A DNA stretch of 63,410 bases, counting the filler, from Olpidium bornovanus S191 (taxonomy: Eukaryota > Fungi > Olpidiomycota), in the NCBI GenBank assembly GCA_017911155.1. It is 29 parts of 29 records of this genome, joined end to end, with 100 filler letters (N's around TTAATTAATTAA, not from the genome) between each part and the next. Parts side by side here need not be neighbours in the genome. Positions count along the whole stretch, not along the records: positions 37,952 to 39,234 come from JAEFCI010010039.1; positions 39,335 to 40,585 come from JAEFCI010001699.1; positions 40,686 to 41,746 come from JAEFCI010002658.1; positions 41,847 to 44,289 come from JAEFCI010001487.1; positions 44,390 to 46,406 come from JAEFCI010005149.1; positions 46,507 to 48,022 come from JAEFCI010010461.1; positions 48,123 to 49,176 come from JAEFCI010006789.1; positions 49,277 to 51,267 come from JAEFCI010011101.1; 21 more parts are not named here. The stretch is one strand, 5' to 3'. This document shows, one piece after another, positions 37,952 to 49,419 of the stretch (positions within the stretch are counted from its first letter, which is position 1; each line of letters opens with the position of its first letter). The position numbers and the translations under genes were made by a program. A model generated the notes under the pieces. It saw only the letters and a program-made list of their open reading frames with translations, was not told the origin of the DNA and did no database searches.

Positions 37952-38248
37952 GCCAGTGAGAGCTACGCCACGATGCTTGTTACTGCAGCACCCAAAATGC
38001 CACGGCCTCCTCGACCAAGGGATGCTGAACGGTTCGAGGGCGCTCGGCGTTGAGTGCAGCCGGATCCATGGCATCCAAGTCCTCCCTTTGTTCAAGATTT
38101 TGCTGACGGCCGACTGAGTGAGCGGTTAGGAAAGGTGAAATTTGTCTTTTGCCCACTTCCCCAGGTCGATCTGGGAGAGCGCTGGCATGTTGTTGCGGCG
38201 CTTGCAAATGGCGAGTTTCTGCTCGTTAGTGAGACGTATCTGGGACAT
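37952..38248 (-). pseudogene. Decayed pogo/Tigger (CENP-B-like) transposase N-terminus
   Basis: MSQIRLTNEQKLAICKRRNNMPALSQIDLGKWAKDKFHLS*PLTQSAVSKIL, then a frameshift, then QREDLDAMDPAALNAERPRTVQHPLVEEAVAFWVLQ*NKHRGVALTG. This is the two-HTH CENP-B/Tc5 architecture with two stops and one frameshift. Confidence 0.8.
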
Positions 38249-39346
38249 CTGAAGGGTGTGCAAAAGATGGGAAGAAATGGTGTCTTAGCAGTGTGAAAAC
38301 AGTTTCAAGCCTGTTTTTTGAACCCAAAACTACAGTTTCCCGCCAGAAAGAAAGCTGACAGCAGTTGACAGACCTCGAAACACGTGTCTAACAAGTTTGA
38401 AAAGGTCGGGAGCAGGTGGCCTGTCAGGACGAAGAAGATGTTGCCGTTCTGGAAAGCTGGAAGAAGGCCGGGCTGGTTCTTTCTTTCAGACTACGCTAAA
38501 GCCTTCTCCCCTCTGGGGCTTCGACAGGGGCAAGCAGTTGATGCTCCATTTTGGGGCAATTTTATTTTTGGCAACAAGCCGGGTCAGGTCGAGTTTCTGG
38601 ATGCCCGGGCAAGCCCCTTTGGCGGTCGGCGGGGGAAACGCTTTTGTGATGGGGGGGGGGGCGGGGGGATTCCGGGGATATATATATTCGACCCTCTCTC
38701 ACTTTCCTGCTGATGCCCCACTCAGAGTCCTTTTCGCTTTCAAACGGCCCGATCTGGTACGCCGTCGCGTTGAGTATTTTTTTTTGCGTACAAAACATCA
38801 TTCTGCGTGTTCGGCGATCCAACGGCCGATATTATTTTTTTTTTAATAGTGTTAGGGTTAGGTGTTTTTTAAATGTTTTTTTTTGTTTTTCACACGCCGG
38901 TTGAGAATTCGCGTTTTTTCTCGTTGTGAAGGTTGCTCCGGATAATATTGGAAAAAGAAAGAAAAAGAAAATTCACACCATGATTGCGCGCTTCGGATAA
39001 CCTCGGACTCCTCCTTCTCCTTTTAATTGACGCGGCCACCGTAACGGAATCAACCAAAAGACCCAGATGCGACGATTACCGAAGCAAGTGTGGATGCGAA
39101 GGGGCGGCCTGCACATGGAGCACGGTTGAATATATCGACGGATCAACAAGCGGCTACTGCGGATAAACGAGATCTATCGGAGGCGAGGTCCCCGAAATAC
39201 CTCCGTTTGCGATGAAGCGGCTTGGCAAGCTGCANNNNNNNNNNNNNNNNNNNNNNNNNNNNNNNNNNNNNNNNNNNNTTAATTAATTAANNNNNNNNNN
39301 NNNNNNNNNNNNNNNNNNNNNNNNNNNNNNNNNNCACGCGCCCGCC

Positions 39347-39400
<54 letters not shown>

Positions 39401-39406
39401 AAAAAG

Positions 39407-40105
39407 TCTCGCAATTCACCCTGTACGGAAATACCACTAAGGGCAACAAACCCGATTTCCATCTGAGCATGAAGTCGGACAGCTCCAGGGCGTTCTACGA
39501 AAGATTCCTGGAAAAGCTCCGCGCGGTGGTCGGAGCCGACAGAGTCAAGGACGGCGTTTTCGGGGCGATGATGGTAAAGTTCAGGGGCGCCCCGTTCCCT
39601 TGCTTCCCCCCCCCCCCCCCCCCCCCCCCGGCGCGCGCGCGCGCGCGCGCGCCCACATGCCGCACACGCACGCACGCACATACACCCACGCTCTCGTCAT
39701 TTGTTTTTTTTTTCCCTTTCGTTTACGCAAACTATCATATAACTTTTCTTTTTTTTTTATCAAATCCTCCCGCCGCTTCTAAATCGGAAAAAAAAAAAAG
39801 ACCGTGAACATTGCCAATGACGGTAAAACTTTTTTTTTTTTTTTTTTTTTGCTTTTTCACTTTCCGTGACGCGCACCTTCGCGCGCCTTAAAAATTCACG
39901 CGTTTATGAGTTTCGGGGGAAAGCGTTTCCGTTTGGAAATTTTGACGACGTAGGGGTTCCTTTCGCTCGTTCCTTCCAACTCCTCCCCTTATTTTCGCAT
40001 GCTCTCGCTTCGCCCGCCTCGAAAAACCCGTTCGCCCCACGTGCAGGACCGGTGACGCTGGAACTGGATTCGCGGAAATTCGTGTACTCCGACAGCACTC
40101 CGTAG
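39407..40105 (+). CDS. DTD1: D-aminoacyl-tRNA deacylase, 3' three exons
   Basis: Exons 39407-39573, 39801-39822 and 40047-40105 give SQFTLYGNTTKGNKPDFHLSM...VKDGVFGAMMTVNIANDGPVTLELDS...*. SQFTL and NDGPVT are DTD signature motifs. Confidence 0.93.
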
Positions 40106-41594
40106 AGTCAAATTGTCTTTTTCCAACCACCCCAACCCCGCGCACTCCACCACCCCTGTTGGATGCGAAAAGAAAAAGGGGGAGGGGGGCGCGGCACCAG
40201 CGCGAAAGGAGAACCCTCCCCTTTCCTTGGCGCCGTATCCCAAAATAAGAGGGTTACGCGAGCTGTATATAAAGTAGGCCACGTAGCCATACGGCGGCGC
40301 TATTTCCGCAGCCACGAATACAGAGAAGCCTCTTCTCTGCTTCTCTGCTTCTCGCCGCGTCCTCTTCGGGTTCTGCAAGTCGCGACAGTTCTGACACCTC
40401 TCCTCCCGCACACCACCACCGTCGCCACCACCGTCACCCTACCGCGCGCGCGCGCCGAAATTTTCATGCTCGCAATCATTAATCCGCTGCACATATCGAA
40501 CGGTCACACTGTTCCAAGATTGCGGTCGGGATGATCCGCTTAGAACGTGGCCGAGGGTTGGGCGCCGCTCGTGTTGCAAGCGGCANNNNNNNNNNNNNNN
40601 NNNNNNNNNNNNNNNNNNNNNNNNNNNNNTTAATTAATTAANNNNNNNNNNNNNNNNNNNNNNNNNNNNNNNNNNNNNNNNNNNNCATGTATATTTTTAA
40701 AGGCAAGTAATATTCACCGTTAAATTAACTATGCAGATGATAATACCTAATAAAATACCATAAAATATTACAAACGCTGTGATTCACGTGCCTTGACTTT
40801 TTTTCCCGCCCGGATTTCAGTCTTTCCACACAGCGAACCCGCGGGGCAAGAACGTCGGTGAAGCCGTCGAGCAAGCGGGCAACAACGGAAGCCCCAGCAC
40901 GAAAAGTCAAAATAATCTCGGAAAGAATGTATCGGAAACAAAAACATCTTGGACGAAAATTGTTCAGCAGAAACAAAAGAAAGTATATTGAAAGCTGCGG
41001 AAGAGATAAGAGATAAGCAACCATCCCCCTCACCTTCCCCCCCCCCCCCCCCCTCCGTAATGCTGGGCGCATCCGCGCACTTCCTAAAACACGACCTGCG
41101 CGGTCCTCCTTTTGCAACATTCACGCCCGCCCCTATCACGCGTTTCAATACTTGCTTCAAAGTTTCGGGCAGTTGCAAGAACGGACGGGGGGCATTGCCA
41201 ACCGCGGCACTTACACAACGTCGATCAACCTCGGTGAGCATGCTGCTAAGCGAGACGACGGGGCGGTGCGGACCAAAAGCGATGACAGATTAACGGGTAT
41301 TTGCAACAGCATAGAAACCGGGCGACGGGCAGACCGAAACGTCGGCGCGTTGATGTTTTCGGTAAGGAGGAGACGGAAGCCAAAAATCGCCGAGTAACGA
41401 ACAAGACAAATTCCGGATAAATGGAACGTGCAAGGCAACGCTTCGCCGGCCCGCCAACGCGCGCTGCCTCCTTCTGCCGTTGAACCTCGGCCCCCCGCCG
41501 TCGACATCGGCCTGCTGCGCCCGCCGGCGACGTTGCGGCGGAACCTCATTTCCCGATCGCAGCGAAGAGCCCATCCCAGACGTCGCGCGCATTA

Positions 41595-41745
41595 TCAGGC
41601 GGATTTGCGAGGAGACGCGCGGTAGTCGACGTCGTCGTCGCCGTCGTAGTCGTCGTTGCAGGCCTCCTCCTTCTCCTCCTCCGCCTTCTCCTCTTCCTCT
41701 TCCTCCTCGGCCGCCTGCTCCAGAACCTCGGCCTGCTCTTCCATG
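41595..41745 (-). CDS. Acidic C-terminal fragment of an unknown gene
   Basis: MEEQAEVLEQAAEEEEEEEKAEEEKEEACNDDYDGDDDVDYRASPRKSA** read from the contig edge. Confidence 0.25.
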
Positions 41746-42229
41746 ANNNNNNNNNNNNNNNNNNNNNNNNNNNNNNNNNNNNNNNNNNNNTTAATTAATT
41801 AANNNNNNNNNNNNNNNNNNNNNNNNNNNNNNNNNNNNNNNNNNNNCATGACAAAGAAGAAACAGACCTGCGCTCAAGAATGCACGATTAACACACGACG
41901 AGCGTATTTGAACTACGACGCCCTGATTCCTCGTCGAGGATACGTAGGCAGTCTATGATCGTTGGATACCCATTGGGAGACGCGGGACAAATAAAAAATT
42001 GTGCAGCGTGGGACACGGAAGATTGCCAGAGGACGCGTTCGGGACCGGACCATACTTGCTCGTCGACCACGTTTGCTGACAGTGCTATCTGCGGCGCTAT
42101 GGATGGTTAGGTCGACGAGAGGGAGTGTGGCGCCTCGAGGCTCCAAACGTCAGGTTGAAGGCGAGGAAGGGATGGCGGGGATCTCGAATGAAAGAGGCAG
42201 GGCGACCAAGTTTCAACTATCAAATGCCA

Positions 42230-43787
42230 AGACCAAATTCCGAAACTTGATCTCGAAATTTCACCATACTCACGGGTTTTTTTTTATTTGGTTTCCCTCT
42301 GGAAGGAACGGGAAAGGGGAGTAGCATTACGACTACGGAGCAGGCGGCGTGTCAGCTGCCGCCGAGCAGGGAGCCGATGCGTTGCCGCTGGAGGAAGACT
42401 CGCCGGGAGCAACGGTTGCCAAGGAAGACCCGCTGGCAGATGGCGGCGCGGACGCGGCCACCGAGGAAGGCTCGCTGGTAGCAAGGGGCACGGGGACCGA
42501 AGAGGCGGAGGTCGATGACGGAAGGGCGACGGCGGGGGTTGTCCGCGACCGCGTGCTACGATGACTGCTGGGGGCGGTGGCGGTCACGATCCTGCGACTT
42601 GTTGTGGAGGCGGAGGTGGAGCCGGATGTTGCCGAGGCAGGCGCGTGTCTGGTCGTCGACGCGGAGGCGTGGCTGGCGCGAGCCTGCGACCGCGTGACGC
42701 GATCTGAAGGGGGAGGGGTGCCCTCGTCCCTGCCGCCTCCCTCGGGATTGTCGTCGTCGTTGCGCTGGGCATCCCGCCAAATGTCTGAGAAGAGAAAGTT
42801 TCGTGAGCGCGTTTGGCCCTGGTCGACCCGGGACATGTCGATGGGAGGGTCCTCTCGTGCGACCGCGAGCCGGCGGAGAAAATTATCGGATTCGGCACTT
42901 TGGCGGAGCTCCGGGAACCAAGAGTTCCGGGCGGGGGGAGAAATGGCTGCCGGGGCATCGTCTGCGAGCTCGGCGTCTGGCTGCGGCGGAGAGACCGGGT
43001 GCATGAGGACGCGAACCTGACTATAACTGTCGTCGGCGACGGGAGCGGGGCGCGAATCGTAGTCGCGATCTTCGGGGCAGGCCGGGGCCACAATACTGCG
43101 TGTCTGACGGCAAGAACAGGAATTCCAGATCGGGAGGATCCGCGGGAAGCCAAAAGGAGGCAGGCCAATTCATGACCTGGAGGAAGGCGTCAATCATCGA
43201 TCGGCGAAGTCTGCAAGTAGACGTGGAAGAGGTTATCTATCAAAGTGGAGTTGCAGTACGAAGGAGGGACCAAAACTGACTGGAGAAGGGCAACGCAGGC
43301 TTCGGTACTTCCGTCCTCGTGGACGGCGCGAAACCTCCACGTGTAATGGATGAACCGGATCATCCAGGTGGGCATAGTGCATTGTCGTTCTGGCGTTGGC
43401 CAATCGGCAACGCACGCCGCTGCGGCCGCGAGCAAACTGCGGGAGTCTCGCAGCCGGTGCGCCCAGAAGGCCGTGTATATCTGACAGGTGGCTTCGTCGA
43501 GACGCCTCTCGGTGAAGGCGGAGGAGGTGGACGCAAGGGCAGCGGACGCAGAGCACGACATTGTGGCTGGGTGGACTGGTGGACGCGGCGGAGACTGAAG
43601 TGCGGGATAATGGTGCAGGGCAAGTGGCGTTGGTGGAGCCAAATCCAACTCGTAAAGACCAAAAGAGCTGTCAACCACGTGATACGCCGTGACTGCCGAA
43701 ACAAGCTCGTCAGTCCCGGGGGGGCGGCTGTAGTGAAGGGGAACGAAGGGTACGAGGAGAAAACATGACCAAAAACCGCACATTAAA
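42230..43787 (-). repeat. Dispersed repeat, copy 2 (inverted relative to 8459-10016)
   Basis: Same segments as copy 1: the flank ending agaccaaatt..cttgatctcgaaat, both exon peptides, the hairpin and the TTTAATG boundary. Carries its own frameshift near YCGP. Confidence 0.9.
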
Positions 43788-44389
43788 TTCCAGAACCCGA
43801 GCATAGAATTCTAACTATTTTGCAGAAGAGTGGGAGGCTGGTTGCCACGGAACAATATTGTACTACACGTAGGCCTCTTTTCCCCCCCTAAAAGCGCGTA
43901 CGAACCCACACGAAAGGCAGCCGACTCTCCTTCTTCCCACTCTCTCCTCCCTCTCTCTCTTAACGCACACCCCCGCACTCTCGGCAATTACTGTCCCACG
44001 AATAAGAGGCCCTCGCCGCCTTGAAAACTTGCCGTCCTTGGTCTCGGCTATGCAATAGCGCCAGAGTCCAAAATAATGTGGGATGAAGGGGTGCCAGAGT
44101 GGGCACTCGCTTGGCCAGCGGCATGGAGGGCGCGTTCCGGAGGCAGGCCGGTGGCAGGTGCGCTTCGGGGTGGTGGGCGCGATGGGCCACCCGGGGGCGG
44201 AGCATTTTGGCGGGCGAGCGCCTGCAAATCGGCAGGAATGAGGGGGCAGTCACTTGGGAAATGGTCACTAGAGCTGCAAAATTTGCATGNNNNNNNNNNN
44301 NNNNNNNNNNNNNNNNNNNNNNNNNNNNNNNNNTTAATTAATTAANNNNNNNNNNNNNNNNNNNNNNNNNNNNNNNNNNNNNNNNNNNN

Positions 44390-45983
44390 CATGGCGGCTC
44401 TGGGTAAGACGACCTTTGCGAGTTCTCCTTGCGAGTGGACGCTTCCAGCAGCGTCGTACGCGATCTGACGGAGGTCGACCTGAATCGGACTAATTCCGGT
44501 AGGAATTTTTGGGCTGATCCAAATTATCGCTTTCGCTGAGTTCATCCGGAGCCAACTGCCGTCAAGACAATTCCGGATTCTTTTCAGAGCCTCGGTCACT
44601 GGGTTGTTCTTTCTGATGTTAGCCGCCCTCGTTGCGCTCACCTTGAGCGGGGTGATTGCCCCTTGGACGGGGAGGTTCTACTCCCTCTGGGACACCAACT
44701 ACGCCAAGATCCACATTCCGATCATAGCGTCGGTATCGGAACACCAGCCAACGTCGTGGACCAGTTTCTTCTTCGACCTGCAATACTTGGTGTTCCTGTT
44801 CCCAGCCGGGGTGTATTTTTGCTTCCGAGAGCTGCGGGATGAGCACGTATTCGTCATTCTCTATTCCGTGCTTGCCTCGTACTTTGCCGGTGTGATGGTC
44901 CGACTCATGCTCACGCTGACGCCGATCGTGTGCGTCGCGTCGGCAATCACGGTCTCGAACGTGTTCGACACGTACCTCCGCCCGACCACCGCAAACGTCA
45001 CCGGGGTTCAGACCGCGACGGACGTCAAGAATGGAGGCGGGGCCCCCTCTGACCCTGCCGGGCCCGCCGGCAAGGCAAGCAAGACGCCGGCGGCGAGCGG
45101 CAAGGCGTCCAAGAGCGCGAAGGCGTCGACTGGCGCTTCGGACATCCCGTATGCCGTGCGAATAATCGTCCTCGGCTGCTTCGGATTGCTCATGTTCATG
45201 TTCAGCGTGCATTGTACTTGGGTGACGTCAAACGCGTACTCTTCGCCCTCCATCGTGCTGGCCTCCCGCGCCCGCGACGGCTCGCAGCTGATCATTGACG
45301 ACTTCCGCGAGGCCTACTACTGGTTGCGGAAAAACACGCCGGCTGACGCCCGCGTCATGTCCTGGTGGGACTACGGCTACCAGCTGGCGGGGATGGCGAA
45401 CCGGGTAACGCTTGTGGACAACAACACGTGGAACAACACGCACATCGCGACGGTGGGAAAGGCCATGTCGTTGGGGGAAGAGGCGGCATACAAGATCTTG
45501 CGGCGACACGATGTGGACTACGTGCTCGTCGTCTTCGGCGGCCTGATCGGCTACGCGGGCGACGACATCAATAAGTTCCTGTGGATGGTCCGCATTGCCG
45601 AAGGGGTTTGGCCGGAGGAGGTGAAGGAGTCGGCGTTTTTCTCCGACCGCGGCGAGTACCGCGTGGACGGCGACGCTTCACCCACCATGCGCAACTCGCT
45701 CATGTACAAGATGTCGTACTACCGCCTCAACGATCTTTATCGCCCCTCGGGCCAGCCTGCCGTCGACCGCGTGCGCGGCGTGCGCATGCCGCAAACGGAC
45801 ATCAAGCTCTCCGTGCTCGAGGAGGCCTACACCACGGAAAACTGGATCGTGCGGGTGTACAAAGTCAAGGATCCGGACCCGCTTGGTCGGTCTCTCACCG
45901 ACGCTACGGCCTTCGAAGGCGGGAAGGTCACCAAGAGGAAGAAGAAGCGGGATTCGGCGCTCGGGAAGGCAGGACGCCGCTGA
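44390..45983 (+). CDS. STT3: Oligosaccharyltransferase catalytic subunit Stt3, 5'-truncated
   Basis: MAALG|IFGLIQ, IAPWTGRFYSLWDT.YAKIHIPIIASVSEHQPT, AYSSPSIVLA, DDFREAYYWLR, MSWWDYGYQ (catalytic motif), DINKFLWMVRIAEG; stop at 45983. Confidence 0.98.
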
Positions 45984-46345
45984 GAGCCGGAAATTCGTTT
46001 CCGTGCTCGCGGGGCTGTCGGGATCCAGTTTTCCTCGGCCGAGTCAGTTTTCGGCAAATGTCCCGCGCGCGTTCCCCCATCAATCCTCCCCCCACTTGTC
46101 TTGAGGATAGACTCCTGTTCCTGTAAATAAACCAAAGCAAAAGCTGCAAGCGCGCGGAAATTTTTGAGATTCAGGCATCAGGGAGTGATCAAGCCGCAGC
46201 TGTCGGCAGCGGTGTTTCGATAATCCTGGACTGCTGTCGAGTTTGCGCGCGGCCCGCCGCGAACCGCGTTCAGGGGGTTCCGAATTTAGTCCGCCTCGTT
46301 GTATGGTGGCGGACCGCCGGCTTCCCGGTAGAATCAAGTGGGGTA

Positions 46346-46376
<31 letters not shown>

Positions 46377-46532
46377 CGGTGGGGGGGGGGGGGGGGGGGG
46401 AAAGGANNNNNNNNNNNNNNNNNNNNNNNNNNNNNNNNNNNNNNNNNNNNTTAATTAATTAANNNNNNNNNNNNNNNNNNNNNNNNNNNNNNNNNNNNNN
46501 NNNNNNCATGCAAACCCCAGGAGAGTGCATAC

Positions 46533-47815
46533 TTTCCCGTCGACCGCTGCATTGCCGGTGATGACGGACGGATCCTCTTTTTCAGCCACGGGAACGACGT
46601 GTGCAATTCTGGCCGGATCCCCTCCCGCTTCGACTAGACCTGGGTGGTGAGGGGGGGAGGGGAAACGAGAAGGCCACGCGCTTCTATGTAAAAATAAACG
46701 TCTCCCGTGCGCGTGCCCGGCAGAAGCAAAACCGGAAAGATTGCGTGTCTTTCTCTCTCTTTTTTTTTTTTTTTTTTTTTTGTTGGTCCTTTACCCTGGA
46801 TCAGGGCGTACGCTTGAATATTACTGCCCCAGACGACGGCCCAAGTGGTTTCCGGCGACGACGACGCGTTCGGCGCAGCCGCCGCCGTCCGACGCTTCCC
46901 CTCGGCGAAGCCGGCCACCGCCCCGGCGATGCGCCTGTGGTCGTTGCGGTTCGCCGCGAAGGTGTTTGCGAAGAACTTGGCGTTGGAGTCGGCGAAGAGG
47001 TCCTTCAGGTGGAACTGCAGGCCTGGGGCGAGGATCAGGGTGTCGTAGGCGACCCTGGTGCCGTCTTTGAGCCGGCAGGCCCTGTGCTCCCGGTCGATGT
47101 TTGTGCACAGCTGTCGCACGACCCGCACGTAATTCGACAAGCCGAGCTGGTGCGCCCTTTGAAAAAGATTGAATAAAGGTGATGGCCACGGGGAGGTGGG
47201 CTTTTTTTCAGATGGGGGGGGGGGAGAAAGAAAAAAAAATAACGCGCAAACGCCGTACACTGCGCTGGTGAAGCACCGTCCGGTGACGAAAAACTTTGCC
47301 TCGTCGAAGGTCGGAACACCCTCGGTCGAGATGAGAGTGAGATTTGTGAAGTGAAGGTGGCTTCTCTGAAAAACAAAAAAAAAAAAAAAAACCGTTTAAA
47401 TCCGCCCCGGAAGGGGGGGAAGAAGGGGTTCCAGGAAACGCAGATCGGTCAGAAAACGTACGTATACTAAGTGTTCGAGGATCGACAGCCCGGCGTCTGA
47501 CCCGCCAATGACCACGATCCGAGCGTTAACCGTCACCTGCGTGTCGATGCGAGACAAGAACTTTTCGTGAGCGGGATAAAAAACAATTGTTTGCGGGCAA
47601 GACTTTGGTCTCACTGCGGAAACACTCCGCAATTCGTTTCTTTTATTCTTTCCTTCTTTTTCTTTTTTCTAAAAAAAAAATTCCTTTTACTTTCGGGTCA
47701 CAGATTAGACTCTTGGTGAAAAGCGTGATGGGATACAGCCGGCTGGGCGGTTCAGGCTTGCCGTCGTTTAAGTCTTGCGGGTACCGGATTCTAAGTTTCG
47801 ACGTCGTTTGATGAG
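46533..47815 (-). CDS. CFAP61: Cilia- and flagella-associated protein 61, internal fragment
   Basis: Exons LRIRYPQDL...SLICDPK|VTVNARIVVIGGSDAGLSILEHLVY, HLHFTNLTLISTEG, VVRQLCTNIDREHR...RVAYDTLILAPGLQF, AVVWGSNIQAYALIQG, DPARIAHVVP. These match the CFAP61 FAD/NAD-binding-like region. Confidence 0.85.
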
Positions 47816-48122
47816 GCCACGAAACGGAAGGAGGGTGGTGGCGGGGATGTGGGCCCGCCGGGTCCCCGAGTTTGAATAAACCCGCCGGAAGCTCGATCCG
47901 GCGAGCGCGCGCGCGCGCGTCTCGCGGCAAGAATCCTCGCTCCGCGCGCGAACCGGCAAAACGGGCGCCTCGAGTGGGCGGGGGGGGGGGGGGGGGGGGG
48001 GGGGGGAGGGGCGGCGCGGGGGNNNNNNNNNNNNNNNNNNNNNNNNNNNNNNNNNNNNNNNNNNNNTTAATTAATTAANNNNNNNNNNNNNNNNNNNNNN
48101 NNNNNNNNNNNNNNNNNNNNNN

Positions 48123-48238
48123 TTCTCTCTCTCTCTCTCTCTCTCTCCTCCCGGACCTTTCCCCGCTTTCCGCGCGCTTTCTCTCTCTCTCGCGCGCGCT
48201 CTCTCTCTCTCTCTCTCTCGCGCTCTCTCTCTCTCTCG

Positions 48239-48279
<41 letters not shown>

Positions 48280-48310
48280 TCTCTCTGCTTTCTCTTTCTC
48301 TTTCTCTATC
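48123..48310. repeat. (CT)n / (CG)n microsatellite mosaic
   Basis: Long ctctct runs interrupted by cgcgcg at the contig edge. Confidence 0.9.
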
Positions 48311-49319
48311 TCTCCCTGGCTTTTTTCCCTCCTTTTTTTTTACCGAAGTCCTGCGCACCGTGGGGGGTAAGCGACCGATAGCCGTTACGGGGCCGGTCGT
48401 TCGGGCGGACGTGGGCGGGGGGGCGGAGGCGGAGGGAAACGTCGCGGCGTAAAAAACCCACTTTTTTTTTTCTTTCCGAGGGACAAGGGGGTTTCGGTTG
48501 GCTGATCGGGAAGTTTCTCTGTCTCTCTGTCTCTGTATCTTATTCCTCTCGCACGCCCGCGCGCGATCTTTTTCTCTTTCTCTCTCTCTCTCTGCCCTCT
48601 CTGCTCCCTTTCTCTCTCTGCTCTCTTGGCTCCCTCGGCTCTCTCGTCTCTTTCTTTCGCTATCTCGCTCTCTCCGCCAATTCTTCTTCCTCTCCTTTCC
48701 GGTTTCCGTTTTCCGCCAGCGCGCAGTTCCCGGAAACAGTCAAATCTGGTTTCCTCCGTCCGGAGAGAAGCCATCTCGTCCCGCTTTCGGCCTTGCTTTC
48801 CGGCCCCCGCGCGCGGCGCCGGAAGAACAAAAAAACAAATTAAAATGTTGTCACCGTCGGCCGCCTCGGGGGCGCGCCGCCGGCTTTTCTAATCGGGAGG
48901 TTCCGCCCCCCGGCGCGCGCCCGCGACAACTTTCAGCCCGAGGAGAGCGAGAAAAGGGAAGAGGGCGGCTCTCGCGCGTGCAATAAAAAACCACCACCGA
49001 GGGGGTTATCGGAAGGTGTAAAGGGGGAAGGGGGAAAGTGAGAAAAGAAGGCGTCATCTTTCTTGGTAATAGTTTGACTTTATTTGTCACGCGCCCTGCG
49101 GGGGAATTCACCCCCCCCCCCCCCCCCCCCCCCCCCGCGGGGGCGCGGGGGGGGGGGGGGAAGGGGGGAGAAAAAANNNNNNNNNNNNNNNNNNNNNNNN
49201 NNNNNNNNNNNNNNNNNNNNTTAATTAATTAANNNNNNNNNNNNNNNNNNNNNNNNNNNNNNNNNNNNNNNNNNNNAAAAAAAAAACCCCCCCCGGGGGG
49301 GGGGGGGGGCGGGGGGGGG

Positions 49320-49355
<36 letters not shown>

Positions 49356-49419
49356 CCCAGCCCCTCCCTGCCCCGGCCGTGCTTCCCCCGCGCGTGTCTC
49401 AGAACGCCGGTTCCCCCCG

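Noticed and set aside
38984-39166. Short Cys-rich ORF with a hydrophobic stretch, like a secreted peptide
   Set aside because: It starts at TTG. The nearby ATG is in another frame and stops after 6 codons, so there is no supportable gene model.
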